This document shows positions 62,512-64,000 of a stretch of 64,000 nucleotides of DNA, in pieces. The translations under genes and the position numbers were made by a program. The stretch is from assembly GCA_029953675.1 (NCBI GenBank), contig JAMWBK010000005.1, forward strand, positions 1,736,001 through 1,800,000. The letters run 5' to 3'. The notes below the pieces were generated by a model. It was not told where the DNA came from and did no database searches. It was given only the letters and a program-made list of their open reading frames with translations. Positions within the stretch are counted from its first letter, which is position 1; the number at the start of each line of letters is the position of its first letter. This stretch comes from Rhodosorus marinus CCMP1338 (lineage: Eukaryota > Plantae > Rhodophyta).

Positions 62512-64000
62512 ATGAGAGTCCTTAATTTAGTCAAGCCCTTCATGGGCATTCTCCCGGAAATTGAGCAACCTGGGAAGACGGTTCCGTTTAAGGAGAAGGT
62601 GCTTTGGACGTCGATTACGCTCTTCATCTACCTCGTTTGCTGCCAAATTCCTTTGTATGGAGTGGTTAACACGAAATCGTCGGACCCGTTCTACTTTATG
62701 AGAGTGGTGCTGGCTGCGTCTAATCGAGGAACGCTGATGGAGCTTGGAATTTCTCCGATTGTTACGTCGTCGTTGATTATGCAACTTCTGGCTGGAGTGA
62801 AGATCATTGAGGTCGATCAAAGCGTCCAGGAGGATCGTGTTCTCTTCTCCGGAGCGCAGAAGCTTTTCGGTTTGGTCATTTGCCTTGTTGAGGCCATTGT
62901 TTATACTCTGTCGGGTATGTACGGTGAAGCGTCCGCACTAGGTGTTGGAAACATCATCCTCATCATCACCCAGCTGTTCGTAGCTGGGGTGGTGGTCCTA
63001 TTGCTTGATGAACTGCTGCAAAAGGGTTACGGAATGGGATCTGCTATCTCCCTTTTCATCGCTACAAATATTTGCGAAACCGTCATGTGGCAAGCATTGT
63101 CTCCGACAACGATTAACATTGGCCGTGGAGTTGAGTTCGAAGGAGCCTTGATCGCCATGTTTCATCTTTTGCTTACGAGGAAGGACAAGCCGCAAGCCTT
63201 GCAAAGCGCACTTTTCCGAACTGAGCTTCCGAACGTGAGCAACTTGGTGTCTACCGTGGTTGTTTTTGCAATCGTAATTTACTTCCAGGGCTTCAGAATA
63301 GACCTTCCGGTTAAGAGTCAGAACGTGCGTGGATACCAGGGATCTTATCCGATCAAACTATTCTACACCTCGAATACGCCGATCATCCTTCAGTCGGCAC
63401 TGGTGTCAAATCTGTACTTTTTGAGCCAGCTTCTGTACTCGAGATACCCGGAAAACTTCATTGTCAACCTCCTCGGTGTATGGCACACTATTAGCGAGGA
63501 GTCGACACAGATGTATCCAGTGGGAGGCCTTGCGTACTATATTTCGCGTCCAGCAACAATTCAAGGTGCCATAGCGGTGAGTTCAAACGGCAGAAACCAG
63601 CGCTACGTTATTCGATCATTTTCGTCATGGATATTGTCCAATTGATATTGTCCAACTGAAGCAATTGTTTCATCGACTCTGCCATTCGTAGGATCCAATT
63701 CGTGCGGTTTCTTATCTGGTTTTCATGCTTGGTGCTTGTGGGTTGTTCTCCAAGCTGTGGATCGAAGTGTCGGGTTCGTCCGCTAGGGATGTGGCAAGAC
63801 AGCTGAGGGATCAGAATATGACGATCAAGGGTCACAGAGAACAATCCGTTGTGAAGGAGCTGAACAGGTAAGACATATGCCAATAAGTCAGGAACGCTCG
63901 AAAATGGCGATCGCGACTGGCGGCGGGTACACTACGCATTTTTCGAAGCTGACGAGCAAACTTTTTTTTTGTTGGAATCGACCAGGTACATTCCGACTGC
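62512..64000 (+). CDS. SEC61A: Sec61 translocon alpha subunit, incomplete at the window end; introns 63577-63691 and 63868-63985
   Basis: [79 protein letters not shown] and [16 protein letters not shown]. Confidence 0.97.

Noticed and set aside
63628-63657. GATATTGTCCAA tandem pair inside a Sec61-alpha intron
   Set aside because: A two-copy micro-duplication in an intron, which is ordinary slippage.
1-64000. tRNA, rRNA, spliceosomal snRNA, telomeric arrays and CRISPR arrays
   Set aside because: No diagnostic sequences found by eye. The GGTTCGA hits lie in coding or unstructured context. The only long direct repeat has two units and no spacers.

Overview
Gene-dense eukaryotic nuclear DNA, most likely from a red alga (inferred from a CpcT/CpeT-type phycobilin lyase, MAFV/MGFV-type plastid transit-peptide starts and short 57-154 nt introns); the species cannot be named from sequence alone. 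Genes recognised by motif and spliced by hand: AAAP amino-acid transporter, condensin CAP-D2, bifunctional RibD, DONSON, a CHD6-9-like remodeller ending in FYRN/FYRC, CpcT-like lyase, OST48/WBP1, DDX27/Drs1, POT1, DRG2, a PUFA-type ELO elongase and Sec61-alpha (runs off the window end), plus several proteins of unknown function. Two decayed mobile elements: a MULE transposase (about 41.8-43.6 kb) and a 3'-truncated CRE-like non-LTR retroelement with a head-to-head inverted duplication of its 5' end (50.1-51.9 kb). Also a 183-bp tandem duplication and a cluster of RTGAATRTGAA motifs upstream of POT1. Best leads: a small plastid-targeted protein with an Sld2/RecQ4-N-like helical motif, the CHD-FYR fusion, the retroelement fold-back, and the POT1 locus (motif cluster, GC-AG intron, abrupt TGA). 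No tRNA, rRNA or CRISPR array was found. All family assignments come from remembered motifs, not database searches. Several homopolymer-rich intergenic blocks may be assembly noise. I found no single clear-cut novel multi-gene system.
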